DNA from: a virus | DNA length: 64,000 bases | IMG/VR virus record: IMGVR_UViG_3300046786_000157 | Location: 32,001-96,000 of that record | Strand: one strand, 5' to 3' | Part shown: one piece after another, positions 1-15,000 of the stretch | Numbering within the stretch: the first letter of the stretch is position 1 | Layout of the letters: every line of letters begins with the position of its first letter | Notes under the pieces: generated by a model | Databases searched by the model: none | Seen by the model: only the letters and a program-made list of their open reading frames with translations | What the model was told of the DNA's origin: nothing | Made by a program: the position numbers and the translations under genes

Positions 1-2
1 TT

Positions 3-3000
3 AGTGTAAATGACAAGATTGTTTTCACTGGAACAGTTTTTGGTGGTGTCACCTCAGGTGCTGTTTATTATATTAACAACATCATAGATGACTATACATT
101 TATGATTTCTTTAGCACAAGACGGTGATGTGTTCCCGGTATCAACTGATACCGGTTCTATGACTGCAACAGTAACACCGTTGACTACAACTGTCACTGTA
201 GCTACTGCGAATTTGTTTGGGTCAATTCAAGTTGGTCAGTATATTACTGATTCAACTAATTTGTTACCAACTAACTCTATAATTTCTGCCATCAATCAGA
301 CAACTACCACTACTACAATTACAGTTACATGGACAAGTGATAGTTTATTCTTGACCACTGCAGTGGCTGCATTAGTCACTACTGATACAACAGTTGATAA
401 CTATGCACTGTTTGAAGGAAGTCGAATTGTCTTTACAGTAGATGAAGATCCAGAAGTAAGAAATAAAATTTATGTAGCACACTTTTCTACAATAAGCTCA
501 TCTGGTTCTCCTGTATTAACATTGTCAGAAGCGTCTGACGGGGAAGTATTGCCCAACGAACAAACAGTAGCATTCAGGGGCTATAATAATGCAGGAAAAG
601 ATTTTCACTTTGATGGTATTGAATGGTTTAGCTCACAACAAAAAGTAAATGCAAATCAACCACCATTGTTTGATGTTTATGACAGTAACGGTATAAGCTT
701 TGGTGATCGTTCAGTATATGTAGGTAGCTCTTTTGCAGGATCAAAATTATTCGCATATGGAATAGCCTCTGCAGGATTAGACGATACAGTCTTGGGATTC
801 CCTGTACGTTATAGCTCAGTAGATAACGTAGGTGATATTAGCTTTGATGTATCTTTGAATTCAGACACATTTGATTATGTGAGTGGTACAAACCCAATCA
901 CACAGAAAGTAAACACTGGTTATGTATATAACTATACTTCAACAACTTCTTATGTAAGAGAGTTGGGATGGCAAACTGCTGTAGCACCTAGTATTCAATA
1001 TCAGTTATTCCAATTAACTTATGGTCCTGAAACACTAGACACGTTCTTCTTGGACATCGCCCCGTTGGGCGAAACACAATCAGAGTGGCCTGTATTTCAA
1101 GTTTATGCTGACAATGTATTGTTAGACAGCACACAGTATTCATATACAACAAATAACAACAGTACAACTATCGTAATGTTGTACACACCTGTAACTACTC
1201 AGATAATTGAAGTAGTGATGTTAAGCGATCAAGTTAGCAAGTCAGCATTCTATACGATTCCTGTCAACTTGAATAACAACCCATTGAACGAAGACTTAAC
1301 TGTTGCAAATATTGGTGACATCCGAGGACAATATCAAAGTATTTTCTACAACAATCCAAATACTACAGGTGAAGTGTTTGGACCAAACAACTACCGTGAC
1401 TTAGGAAATGTTGTACCATGGGGTAACAAGATTATCCAGAACAGCGCATCACTAGTATTACCTAGCGTATTCTTGCGTAAACAAAACCACAATTTGTTTA
1501 ATGCGTTAATGTACAACAGCAGAGAATATATTTCTTTCAAATCATTGTTGATTGATACTGTTAATAAAACTGCATATTCTAGATTACAAACTCCTGCAGA
1601 AATGCTAGACAATGCATTGGATCAAATGGCTGCATCAAAAACAGATAGCGAACCATTCTTTTGGTCTGATATGCTTCCTTCTAAAGCCGCATATGTAGCA
1701 AACACTTATTCTTTTGCGAACTCACTTGATGTTAGTATCTATCCGTTAACAAGAGTTTATGATTTTGCAACAGCAAATTATTACGGTGTATTGGTTTACT
1801 TAGTTAGAACAACCAATGGAGTTACACAGACTACACAACTTATAAGAGATGTTGATTATACTGTAAGCGCAACAGCACCATCATTAACAGTGACACTAGA
1901 TTTGTTACCAAATGATCAGGTTATTATCAAAGAGTACAACCAAACATACGGCTCTTATGCACCTAATACCCCAACTAAAATGGGTCTATACCCTGCGTCT
2001 ATCCCGGGTGTTGTACTAGACTCATCTTATACAATCCCTACATACTTTATCAAAGGTCACGACGGATCATATAATAAGTTATACGGATCATACGATCCTA
2101 CTACTAACTCTTTGGTAGATTTTAGAGACCAAGCGTTACTTGAATACGAAACACGTGTCTACAACAACTTAAAGTTGAGCAATGTTATTCCTATTCAAGA
2201 ATACGAAGTCATGCCAGGGTTCTTTAGAAATACTGATTACTCAAACGATGAGATTTTAAAGATTTACTCAGAAACATTCTTAAACTGGGTTGGTCAGAAT
2301 AGAGTTAACTACAAACGTCAAATTTATAACAAGCAAGATCAGTATTCTTGGAATTACTATCAAAGCGGTAACAAGATTGACAAAGCAGTAATTCAACAGG
2401 GTAACTGGCGAGGTGTGTATCAGTATTTCTATGATACTACTAATCCTGATACTAGTCCTTGGGAAATGCTTGGCTTCAAAAATATGCCATCATGGTGGTC
2501 TGACAGATATGGTCCTGCACCATACACAAGTGATAACTTGGTATTATGGGGAGACTTAGCAGCCGGTATTAACTGGAACAACGGTAATCCTGTTGTGATT
2601 GAGCAAGCAATTCGTCCTCAATTATTAGAAGTTCTACCAGTTGATAGCGAAGGCAATCTAGTATCACCGTTTGTATCATTGGTTGGCAACTACAACAGTA
2701 ACATTTTCCAACGTGATTGGAAAGTGGGTGACGCGGGTCCTGCAGAATTCTCATATCGTAGAAGCAGTTCATATCCGTTTGACTTAATGCGAATACTTGC
2801 ATTAACAAAACCAGCAGAGTTTTTCAACTTGGGTGTTGACGTTGACCACTATAAGTACAACGCTGAATTCAACCAGTATTTGGTTAATAACAGAAGTCAC
2901 TTAAAGTTGAGTGATATTGATGTTTATGGCAATGGTACTGCGGTTACAAGTTATGTCAACTGGATTGTTGATTATGAAAAACAAGTAGGTGTAGATGCTA

Positions 3001-6000
3001 CACAGAACATCAGCGACTTGTTGAAGAATGTAGACGTTCGTTTAATATATCGTGTTGCTGGATTTACTGATAAGAACTTGTTGAAGTTCTACGTTGAAAA
3101 AGGTACTCCGAATAGCAGAAACGCATCTTTGTTGATTCCTGACGAGAGCTATTCTGTTCTGTTATATGACAATCAACCATTTGATAGAATCGTTTACAGC
3201 GGTGTTATCATTCAATTGACTAAGAACGGTTATACTGTTTTTGGTAACTCACAGTCGGATGCATATTTCACTATTCAAGATCCATTAATTAACGGTAACT
3301 ATACTACTGTAGAAGTAGATGATTTAACTGTTAAGTTGGCAAATGATTATGCTGATTCAGTATCCTACGTCCCGTACAACACTGAATTTTATACTGTACA
3401 AGAAGTATCACAGTTTATTGAAAGTTACGGTACATATCTAGAACGCCAAGGTGTTTTATTTGACCAAGTTGAAAACGGTGTCCCGGTTAACTGGAGACAA
3501 ATGGTTGCAGAATTTATGTATTGGTCTCAGACTGGTTGGCAAACAGGTAGTATTGTTACAATGAATCCAGCCGCAACATTATTGGCAATTGACAAAGAAA
3601 ATAGTATCGTTCAGCCATTAACATTGCGTCAACAAAACTTTATTCTCAATCAAAACTTATATCCAATTCAAGCAAAAGACATGTCAGTGTTGCGTGATGG
3701 AACTGCCTTCACTGTTCAGCCTTTAAATCAAGGTGACACTGTTGCATACGGTCAATTCAATATGAGTAACTTTGAACATGGTATTGTTTTCGACAACGTT
3801 ACACTATTCAATGACATCATTTACAATACTATCACCGGCTTACGTCAAACACGTATCCTAACTAAAGGTACAAAGACTGCTGAATGGAACGGTACAGTTG
3901 ATGCACAGGGCTTTATTCTGAATCAAGATAATATTCAAGAGTGGAACAAAGAAGTCAAGTATACAACTGGTTCTATTGTAAAGTACAAAAACAAATATTG
4001 GATTGCTACCAAGATCATTCAAGCAAAAGAATTGTTTGAAGAACGTGACTGGAAGCAAACAGATTATAACGAAATTCAAAAAGGTTTGTTACCTAATAGT
4101 TCTACTCGTTCATACGAATCTACACTATATTATGATGTAAACAAGGCTAACTTAGAAAACGATGCCGACTTATTAAGCTTTAGCTTGATAGGCTACAGAC
4201 CACGTGACTACATGGCTCTTGCTGATTTAACCGACATTACTCAAGTCAATGTTTATAAGAACATGATTAAAAACAAAGGTACTCGTAATGCTACTAATGC
4301 ATTCAAGGGTGCTAACTTACCGCAAGGTGGAATTGACTATGAGCTTTTTGAAAACTGGGCTATATTGTCAGGTGAGTTTGGTGGTGTATTAAACAGCAAC
4401 TTTGTTGAATTCAAAATCAATGAAAAATATATGACTGGTAACCCTTCAATTGTTGGCTTGACAAGAGCGACACCTGATGAAGGCGTACAACAAGAAGTAC
4501 CTATATATTCATTATTCAACTACGGTCGTCCTGTAACAGATGCAAACATATTGCCTACTGTCCCTACAAATACCCCTTCAACTATATTCCCTGATGCCGG
4601 TTATGTAAACTTCAATGATGTAAAAATGGTATCATATTTTTACAACAACATGGCTTCAGCAATTAACCAGAACGGAACAGTAATACCGTTGGATGATTTC
4701 TATGTACGTGATTATGTATGGCTTGCAGATTACTTGGGTACATGGCAAGTTTACACACCAACATCAATGGGTCAAGTAGTAACTGCAAAGAATAACTTGA
4801 ATGGAACAGTTACATTAACTTTTGCAACACCTCATAATTTATCAAAGTACGAAGCGTTTGCAGTTGTAAACTTTGATGTTAGCATTAACGGTTACTATAT
4901 AACAACCTTGGTGATTGACCCTTACAGAGTTATTATCAACTTGAATTTGAACCCTAATATTTTAAATGTTACTGGTCAAGGCATCGGATTTAAATTCCAA
5001 TCTCAACGTGTAGCAACACCAGCAGACATCGCTAATTTACCATTACTAGATAGCGAGTTTATAAAGAACAAAGTTTGGGTAGATGCCAATGATGACGGTG
5101 CATGGGCAGTGTATCGTAAAGGTATTAACTACCAATACGAGTCTGAAATCACAAAGGAGAACACTGTAACATTTGGTAGTGCAGTAGCATATACTTCTAC
5201 TCTAGGTTATTTAATCAGTGATGCAGGTGATGGTAAAGCATATCGCTATACATACAATGATTTAACCAACGTATACAATTTAGTACAGACAATTTCTCAT
5301 GGTACATCATTTGGTACAGCAATCGCATACGCAGACAATATCTTTGCTATTTCTGAACCAACAACTGCGGCACAAGTTCACATATACGACTTGCAGAATA
5401 CAACATTAGTTGATGATTTGATTGTATATCAAAGTCCAATAACTGCATTAGGTGGTTCTACTAACTGGGGAAGCGCAGTTGCGATTTCCGGTGATAAGAA
5501 TTGGTTGTTTATTTCTGCTACAGATTTGAACAGAGTATACGTTTATCGTCTATCACAAGTCACTAGTGAGTATGAGTACATAACATATTTGACTGTTGCC
5601 GGATTGACAACAGGTGATTTGTTTGGTTATAGCATCGCTACTGATTACTACGGTGATACTGTTGTAATTTCTGCTCCAGGTAAAGATTATAGTGCAACTA
5701 TAGATAACTGGGGTTACACTTACGTATTCGACCGCTCGATTCAAAATATTGAAGCACTGTATACTACCCCTGTGTTAAGTTCACAAAACTTCACATTAGC
5801 ATGGACACCTAGTACAATTACTACTACTGCAACAGCTACAGTTGATTCTACAAATAGAATTACTTGCACAAGCACTGCAGGATTTGTTGGTGGCACATTA
5901 GGTCAACCGGTAATATTCTCTGGTAGTGTGTTGCCAAACAGCAATATAGATCCAAACACTGTTTATTATATCAAAACAGTAGTGGATGCCACACACTTCA

Positions 6001-9000
6001 CTATATCATTAACTAGAAACGGTGATGTATTTGATGTAACCACAGACTCTGGAAGTATGATTGTCAATGTACAAAGTACTCCGTTGTATGTAAGTGTCAA
6101 TGGTACTATATTAGAGGACAATGACTATGCTGTGATAGGTAATACAATTTCTATTGTTAAATCAATCAATGCAGGTGACATTGTAAATGTAAGTGGAAAC
6201 CAATTCACACAAGTTCAAGTATTGACTACTGAAGCTACTCCTAGAGTGGGCGTACACTTTGGTCAAAGCGTTGATACAACTACATATGCTAGTGAAATTA
6301 TTGTAGGTGCACCGTTTGCACTCAATAGTGAGAATCAAGAAGGTGCAGTATACCGCTATACTAATGGCGGCGGCAAGTATGGAGTAATCATAGGTACATC
6401 TAACTGTAGCTTAACTGTTGCTAGAAATGTTCTTATCAATGGTTACTTAGTTTCTATACCCGCAGGAGATGCAGTAGTAGCTTCTAACTATATTAATAGT
6501 TCTAAAATTACTAATGTTCAAGCTAGTGCATTTAATGGCAAACTAGTTATCAGTTTGATTGACAATAATTTAGCAACACCTAATGAAAAATTAATATTAG
6601 CTGTTACTGATTCTGCAACATTAGCTGAATTAGGAATTTCTATATTCACTCAAACACAAGTTGTTACTTGCCCTCACAAGACAGGCCCAACTCAGTTTGG
6701 TAACGTAGTTAAGTTTAACCAAGCTGGATCATTCGTAGCTAGCGCACCAACAGGAACACGATATGTATCAACTACATTTGATTTCTCTGACGATGAAAAT
6801 CAAGATGATGATACTATATTTGACAACAACACTACACAGTGGGTTGACTCATATCCGTACGCAGGTGCAGTATATATGTTTGACTACTTGGCTGTTGATA
6901 ATGAATCATTATTGACTCCTGGCAAATTTGCATATGCACAAAGCGTTAACGCATTGAATCAAGAGTATGGTGCACAGCCATTGTATGGTCATGCAGTTGA
7001 CTTCTCTGACTATCACGTGATTGTAGGTACACCTAACTTTACGTCAGGTGATAGCAACGGTCAAGTTATTACGTATATCAATGCGTCCGGTCAACAAGAT
7101 TGGTCTGTGTACAGAAGTTCATCTCCAGTAGTTGACATTAACAGAATACAGAATATTCAATTGTTCAGTGCAGAGACTAACAACACACTTGATAACTTAG
7201 ATTACATTGATCCGTTGCAAGGAAAAATATTAGGATCAGTTAGAGAAAACATTGACTTTATATCTAACATTGATCCAGCTGGTTACAACACTACTCCTGT
7301 AGCTGATTCAACACAGCGTCCATTAGCATGGACTGCTAATAAAGTTGGTCAGATATGGTTTGACACATCTGCGGTAAGATTTGTAAACTATCATCAAAAT
7401 GATAATACTTATAATAGTAAGTACTGGTCTACATTGTTCCCTGGTAGTAATGTAGCAGTTTACACATGGATTTCAAGTAACGTCCCTCCTAGTTCATATA
7501 CAGGTCCTGGTGTACCATATGATAGAACAGTTTACTCAGTTGATTATATATCTAATCCTTCTGGTTCATTGACACCAGTATATTTCTTCTGGGCTCGTAA
7601 CACAAATATCATATTTGAAAATATTGGTAAGACATTAGCTGACTCTGTAATTCAAGCCTACATCCTATCACCAAAGAGTTCGGGCATTGCATACTTCACA
7701 CCGTTATTACCTAACGTGTTTGGATTGTACAACTGTTCTTCATATATCAATGCCAACGACACTGTGTTGCACATTGGATATTCAACAGGAACTAACGATG
7801 ATGTATCTCACTCTCGTTATTCATTGATACGTGCAAATTATGCTGACGATTTCTTGCCCGGTTTACCAACAACAACGTCAACTGATACTCCGCAATATCT
7901 ATACGACAGAATGCTAGACAGCATGTGTGGTGTAGACGAAACAGGTGCAGTTGTTCCTAACCCATACTTACCAAAAGCAGTACAGTTGGGTGTATTGGTT
8001 CGCCCACGCCAAAGCTTCTTCATTAATAGATTCTTGGCTCTTAAGAATTATTTGACATATGCAAACGAGATACTATCATTGTATCCTATCACAGAGACTA
8101 GACAAAGTGCATTCTTGAACAAGTCTGGTGAATTCTATAATACTAGTGATTATTGGAATTATGTTAACTGGTGGGCTGTTGGATACAATGACAACACTAA
8201 GTCTGCTGTGCAAGTACCTATCTATGCTGATTTGGCTGCGCTAGAAGTATCTAGTGGTACTATTGCTAGAGTTGCCGCAAACGGCGATGGTAAATCAGAA
8301 ACATATGTTAAGAATACTGACGGAACATGGACTCGTATTGGATTGACTGATGGTACAATCGCATTTAGTAGCGCATTGTGGGATTATGCTGAAGCTAGAT
8401 TAGGCTTTGGTGATAATTTCTATGATACTAACGTATATGATGAGTATCCATCTGAACAAACACGCTATATCATTAGAGCATTGAACGAGCAAATTTATAT
8501 CAACGACTTGTTGATATATCGTAACAAGAGTTTGATTCTAATGTTCGAATACATTCAATCTGAAACAATTGAATCACAAAATTACTTGCCATGGTTGAAC
8601 AAGACTTCATTCATTGACGTAGCACATACTATTCGTGAGTTGCTACCATTAGAAGTATTCCAATCTGACAATCAAGATTTCTTATCTGGTTACATTAACG
8701 AAGTTAAACCATACCATGTAGTAGTTAAAGAATTCCTATTCAAGTATACTAAGACTGATGTATATGAGGGCGACATCACTGATTTTGATCTACCTGCAAA
8801 ATACAACACAACACTTGAAAAGTTTATCACACCTGAGTTAGTCTATTCTAATCCAAGCTCTGATAATCAATATCTTCCTTCTGACGCTATTTGGAACGAT
8901 CCTGCATACTCTCAGTGGTTTAATAATTACGGAGTGACCCTCACTGGTCAGCCTGACTACCCTATATCAATGTTAGCAACATACATTGCACTAAACACTA

Positions 9001-12000
9001 ATGCATTTGCAGTTGATAATGCATATGGATTCCCGATAAATGGTGTAGTTAAGATCGGAACTGAATTAATTGGATACTCTGATGTTGATAGAAACTTAAA
9101 CGTCATCAGTGGTTTGACACGAGGCGTTGATGGTACAGCTATAACAACACACATTCCGGGTGAAACTATAAGTATGGACTTACCTGCTGTGTTAGTATTA
9201 AATGGTGGCCGAGGATATGCAGAGCCTCCAAAGGTAACAGCATACATTGACACTACAATCTATCCTGAGCCGGATGAAGTTGCACAATTGGTTGCAGTTA
9301 TGAATCTTGACTCTGTATTGAGCATTGAAGTAGTTAACCCGGGTAAGGGCTATGCAGTTCTCCCAGAGATTATTATTGATAGTGCAGTTAATGTGACATT
9401 CTCATCTAGTGAAGTTAGTGTTACTACTAATACGATTCAATTGTATGCACCGTTGCTAGCAACCGGTGATATTGTCAAATATGATGTTATGGATGGTACA
9501 ACTCCTATTCAAGGTTTGGCAGTTGGTCAGTGGTATTATGTAAGAGTATTGGAAACTGTGCCTACAGTTACTGTAGGCTTATACAGCAGATATAACAATG
9601 CTGTAAATGACCAAGACAGAATCGAATTGTACTCTACAGGAACTGGCGTTGGCCACATACTAAGCGAAGGTGCAAGAGCATCTTGTATCAGTTCGTCTAG
9701 TCCTGTTCGTGAGAACAACATAGCAATTCGTTTTGACAGAACTACTTATAACTCTCAAGTTATTGATTGGTTAGCTGGAAGATTCTATGGATCTTATTAT
9801 GCTGGTACTTATAATAACAGTCAATCTATTTCAAGTTCAGGAATCACATTAGAAACTACACAGCCTCCGATTGATTCTATTTTGGCTAGTGCTCAAGGTG
9901 TGTCATTTGAAATGGTTGACGTAACAAATGACCAATTACTAACATGGTCATCATTCATTCGCTCAGTAAAGAGCACAGAATCAGCTAATGATAGTATTAG
10001 ATTGTCTCCATTAGACGGAAATAATCCTGATCTTTCTGAACTAAGCCTTAACGCATCAGGTACTACAATTGGTTTCTATGTAGGCATGCCAGTTAAGTTT
10101 AAAGGTGCAGTGGGTTCTAGTAACATAGTAAACGATACTGTATATTATGTTAAAGAAGTATTAAATGAATTAGACTTTACTATATCTACGACAGTAAATG
10201 GATCTGTATTTGCATTAGGAGATCAAACAATCAGTGTTGCCGGCTTGCAATGTTTTGTGGGTGAAGTAACAAACACAGCACTTATCACTGTGAACTATCC
10301 TGGAATCCGTACAGCAACCAATACTACTAAAACATCTAATATTGTAACTGCCCCATTAAATCCAACAGGAACAGGCGGCACAGCAGGTTTCTATGTTAAC
10401 TTACCAATATTCTTCACCGGTAATGTATTCGGTGGTGTCATCGAGAACCTAACATACTATGTCACTACAGTTATTGATTCACAAACATTTACTATGTCTG
10501 AAAATCAAGATCCAGTAATCGTTACAATTTATTCTGCTAACGCATCCACTAACATTATTGTTGGTAGTAGTACATTAGAGTTAGCAGTTAATGATCCTGT
10601 AATATTTAATAACATGACTATTGCAGGTAGTGTAGTTACTAACTTTGGTGGTATTATTGATGGTACAATATACTATGTAAGCTCTATTATTAATCCTACT
10701 AACTTCACTATTTCTGAAGTAGTTAACGGTGGTACGTTTGATATAACTTCAACTGTTGTTGCGGCATCAACTACTTCAGCATCAATGACAAGTCAAGTTG
10801 ATACAGTAGCATTAACTACTGCTACTGGAGAAATGGCAATGAACGTATCATTACCAGTAAGCCCAGGACAAGTTAACGGACAGTTGTTCACTATGTATCC
10901 AACATCTGAACAATACTCTGGTTTATCAGGTACTAACGGTAGTATAATCAGTCGTTCAATTGTAAAGACTCTTACCTCAGTTAATAGAATAGCAATTACT
11001 GAAAATAGTGGCGGCTTAACTAACGTATATAATAACTTACCGGTAAAGGTAGCATCTAATATTGGTGGATTGACTTCTGGAACACAATACTACGTAATAG
11101 AGAATGATTATATTGAAGTTGAAGTTACTAATACTTCTTCAACCGGTAATGCATTGACCTGTTCAAGTACTGCATCATTGTATGTAGACATGCCAATTAT
11201 ATTCAGTGGTACTGGCTTAGGAACAATTGATCTAGCAGTTGAATATTATGTTAAATCTATTCCATCATCAACGCAGTTTACTGTTACTAATACCCCAGGC
11301 GGTATAGAAACAGTTCTTACAAATGATAACGGCACGATGACAGGAACTGGATCTCCTTACATTGTAGTATCAACTACATTGGGCGGTAGCGCAGTAGCTT
11401 TATCTACTGCAACAGGTCCTGTGACTATTGACCAGACACCAATCGGAACCCCAGTAGTTGACGCAAGTTATATCATGGGCGGATACAGAGTTGTTATCGA
11501 AGATGGTGCTAGTGGATACGCAGTTGATAATACGATAACAATCTTAGGTACATCTTTAGGTGGCGCAACTACTGCTAATGATTTAGTAATGACAGTAGAT
11601 TCCATTGACAGCAATGGTGTAATACTTTCTGTTATTTGTTCTGGTACACCAGCTGGATCTACTGAACAGTACTACTTAAAAGTAGTATCTGCAAATCAAT
11701 TTGAAGTGTATTCAAATTCACAAATGACTATACCGGTCAGTGGAATAGATTTCCCGTACTATGGTGTTGTATCAACAATTGCTACAGAAACAGTAGCATC
11801 TAGTGACGAAATCACAGTTGAAGATTCTTCTACATTTGATATTAACGATCCTGTAGTATTCACTGGTACTGTATTTGGCGGAGTGACATTGGGTCAAACA
11901 TATTATGTTATTGCTACTCCTTCTGCTACTTCTGTAAAAGTTTCTGAGACAATAGGTGGTTCAGCACTAGCTCTATCAAATGATACAGGTACGATGACAA

Positions 12001-15000
12001 TGGCTAAGTTTGGCGACTTTATCGTGTTACCCGAACCTTTCTCGTTCAATCAATCAGTTGTCAAATACAACAATCGAGTATATCGTTGCATCGTCAGTAA
12101 TAATGACGTTGAATTCATATTTGGTAAGTGGGAATTATTAGACAGCGGTAACAGATACTTGAATGCACTTGATAGAATCATTGGTTACTATCAACCTACT
12201 GCTAACATGCCAGGTCTAGACTTGACTCAGTTAGTTGAAGGCATCACTTATCCAAATAGTACTTACAAGGGTAATGCATTTGCCCCTGAACAACAATTTG
12301 AACTTGATACTATCTTGCAAGATCAACCGTTCTACCCTACTCAAGTTGACAACGTTTCAATTACATGGGACGGCTTAACGTATTTAGGAGCATCTAATAC
12401 ACCTGACTACTCAGCAGTCATTGCTAGCGCAACCGGTGATGAGTGGACTATTGCTAAGTTAGCAAATACTTCATTGAATTTCACTGATATGATATATGCA
12501 GGTGGTTTCTACGTATTGACTACTCGCAACGCCGCTACTCCTATCTATAGAAGTAACAACGGAATTGACTGGACATCTAATGGTCAGTATACTCCATATA
12601 GTGCTACTCCATACGATGACTTCCCTTACGATGTAACTGCATTAGATGTAGCATCTATCTCGTTGAACAGTGTAGGTTATTCTACCTCATTGAATCTATG
12701 GGTAGCAGTAGGAGAGAACATTGTAACTAGTTCAGACACATATATTTGGAGAGAAACTTTTGTATTTGATGATACATTGATACACCAATTCAATGGTGTA
12801 GACGGTGTTTCTGTAACTAGCTTTACAGGCTTTGTTGCTGTAGGTAAAGGTCAAGAGTACGATTATTCTACTGGTGTAACTCAAACAGTTTACACTAACA
12901 TTTTAATGACAAGTACAAATGGACTTCAGTGGAACAAGATCAATTCATTGACAACTAAGGGATTTAACAGTGTAACTGACAACGGTTCTTTAATTATCGT
13001 TGTAGGTGAAAATGGTGTTATATATTCAAGTGTAAATAGCCAGTTATGGTTAGGTGTATCTGAATCATTTGTATACGGTACATTTGATACTACAAATCAA
13101 GTTAGTGTTCAAAGCACACTTGGATTTGCAGTCAACGATAAGATTAGATTCACATCATCATTTGGATCAATAAGTTCTAGTACTGATTACTGGATTAAAA
13201 CAGTAGACTCATCAAGCCGTGTAACAATCTCTACATCATTGGGTGGAAGTACATTGACATTGACAAATGCTCAACCGTCTGCTACAACACAAATGTATCA
13301 TTATCCAGAAACAGATACATTGAATGATGTATATTTTGCTGATTCATTGTTTGTTGCTGTAGGTGAAAACGGTATTATCAGAACATCAAGTGATGGCTAT
13401 GCTTGGACTACACAAACATCTGGTACTAGTGAAAATCTAAACGGTGTTATGTTTAACAGTGATGATTCTGTGTGGATCGTAGTAGGTGACAATAATGTCA
13501 TCTTGCAGAGCAGTGACTCAGGTATAACATGGGAAAGCACTTCTCTGTTCACAGTTGACCCAACTATATATGATGTTCAAGGTAATGAATTCATGTACGG
13601 TTATGGTCCTGAAGAACTAGTTCCTGGTTTAGTTACCGACACTATTACTATGACTATAGCAACACGTCCTGGTACAAACTGGTTAGCTGAAGAATATGCA
13701 CACGTTGGATACAACGTGGTATCAAAAGAGATCACCCCGATATCAACCACACAAACTGTTTACAGCTTTGCTAGAATGGTTCAAACCCCTACCCAACTTG
13801 CAGTATTTGAGATTGACGGTACTACTGGGTTGAGTACAACATTAGTTGGTCCTAATAGTTATTCAATAACACCTGATTATACTATTGATTGGGTTACTGA
13901 CACGATAATATTGAATACTCCACTAGGAGGAACACCTACAAATAGATTACGAGTTGATGTATACGAAACCGGTAACGGAGATCAATTAGTTAAAGCTAGT
14001 ACAAAAACAGATCCAATTCGCCTAAATACATCTACTGGATGGGATGAAATCTATGTTAACTGTAATTACAGTGCACCAATCTTCAATGGTTCAGGGTTAA
14101 TTCAACCAGGCACAAGTGAAAGAAATGCGACTGCAATACAGACTGATTCTACAACAGATACTATTTTGTTTGAAGATGTAAGTCAATTCAGTGTCAATGA
14201 ACCAATCACGTTCCAAGGTGCAGTATTTGGCGGAATTTTAGAGGACACAACATACTATGTAAAGACAGTTAGTACTATTACTAATAAGATTACTGTCTCA
14301 CTAACATATAATATAACTACAAGTACAGCCGGCCCAACACTAGCATTAACTTCTGGCACTGGCAGTATGGTTGCTGTTATTACAGTTGGATCAGGTGCAG
14401 TTTGGACTGCACCGCTAGTATATCGTAATGGTGGTAGATTATTGCGCGGAACAACCGGAACAGTGACAAAAACGAACGGCGGCACTAATACTATCACGTG
14501 TAACACTACTGGTGCAATGATTGTAGGTATGCATATTGTATTCAGTGATACAATGTTTGGTAATGACATTGAAACTGAAAATGTGACAGCAGGCGCATTC
14601 ACTGTGGGGCAGACATATACTATTGTTAGTGTAGGTACTACGGATTTCACTAGTATAGGTGCATCTGCAAACACTAGAGGTGTAGACTTTGTAGCAACAG
14701 GGGTTGGTTCTGGTACAGGTGTAGCGGCTCCAATCTACTTCATTGATTCTATTGTTGATTCAAACGAGTTTACTATTTCTAAGACTTACTTAGGTGCAAC
14801 ATTAGATTTATCTAGCGCAACTGGTGGTGCTTCATTTATAACAAATGACTTTGCATTTGGTATAGCTGATAATGGTGTTTCTGCTAAAATGATGTTTGCA
14901 AGTCACTATGACGCTAGAGATGACTACATAACATATACGTTGTTTGGCGAAACAACACCGGAGCAATATGGATATACTATACCTGAAGTACAGTATTTCA

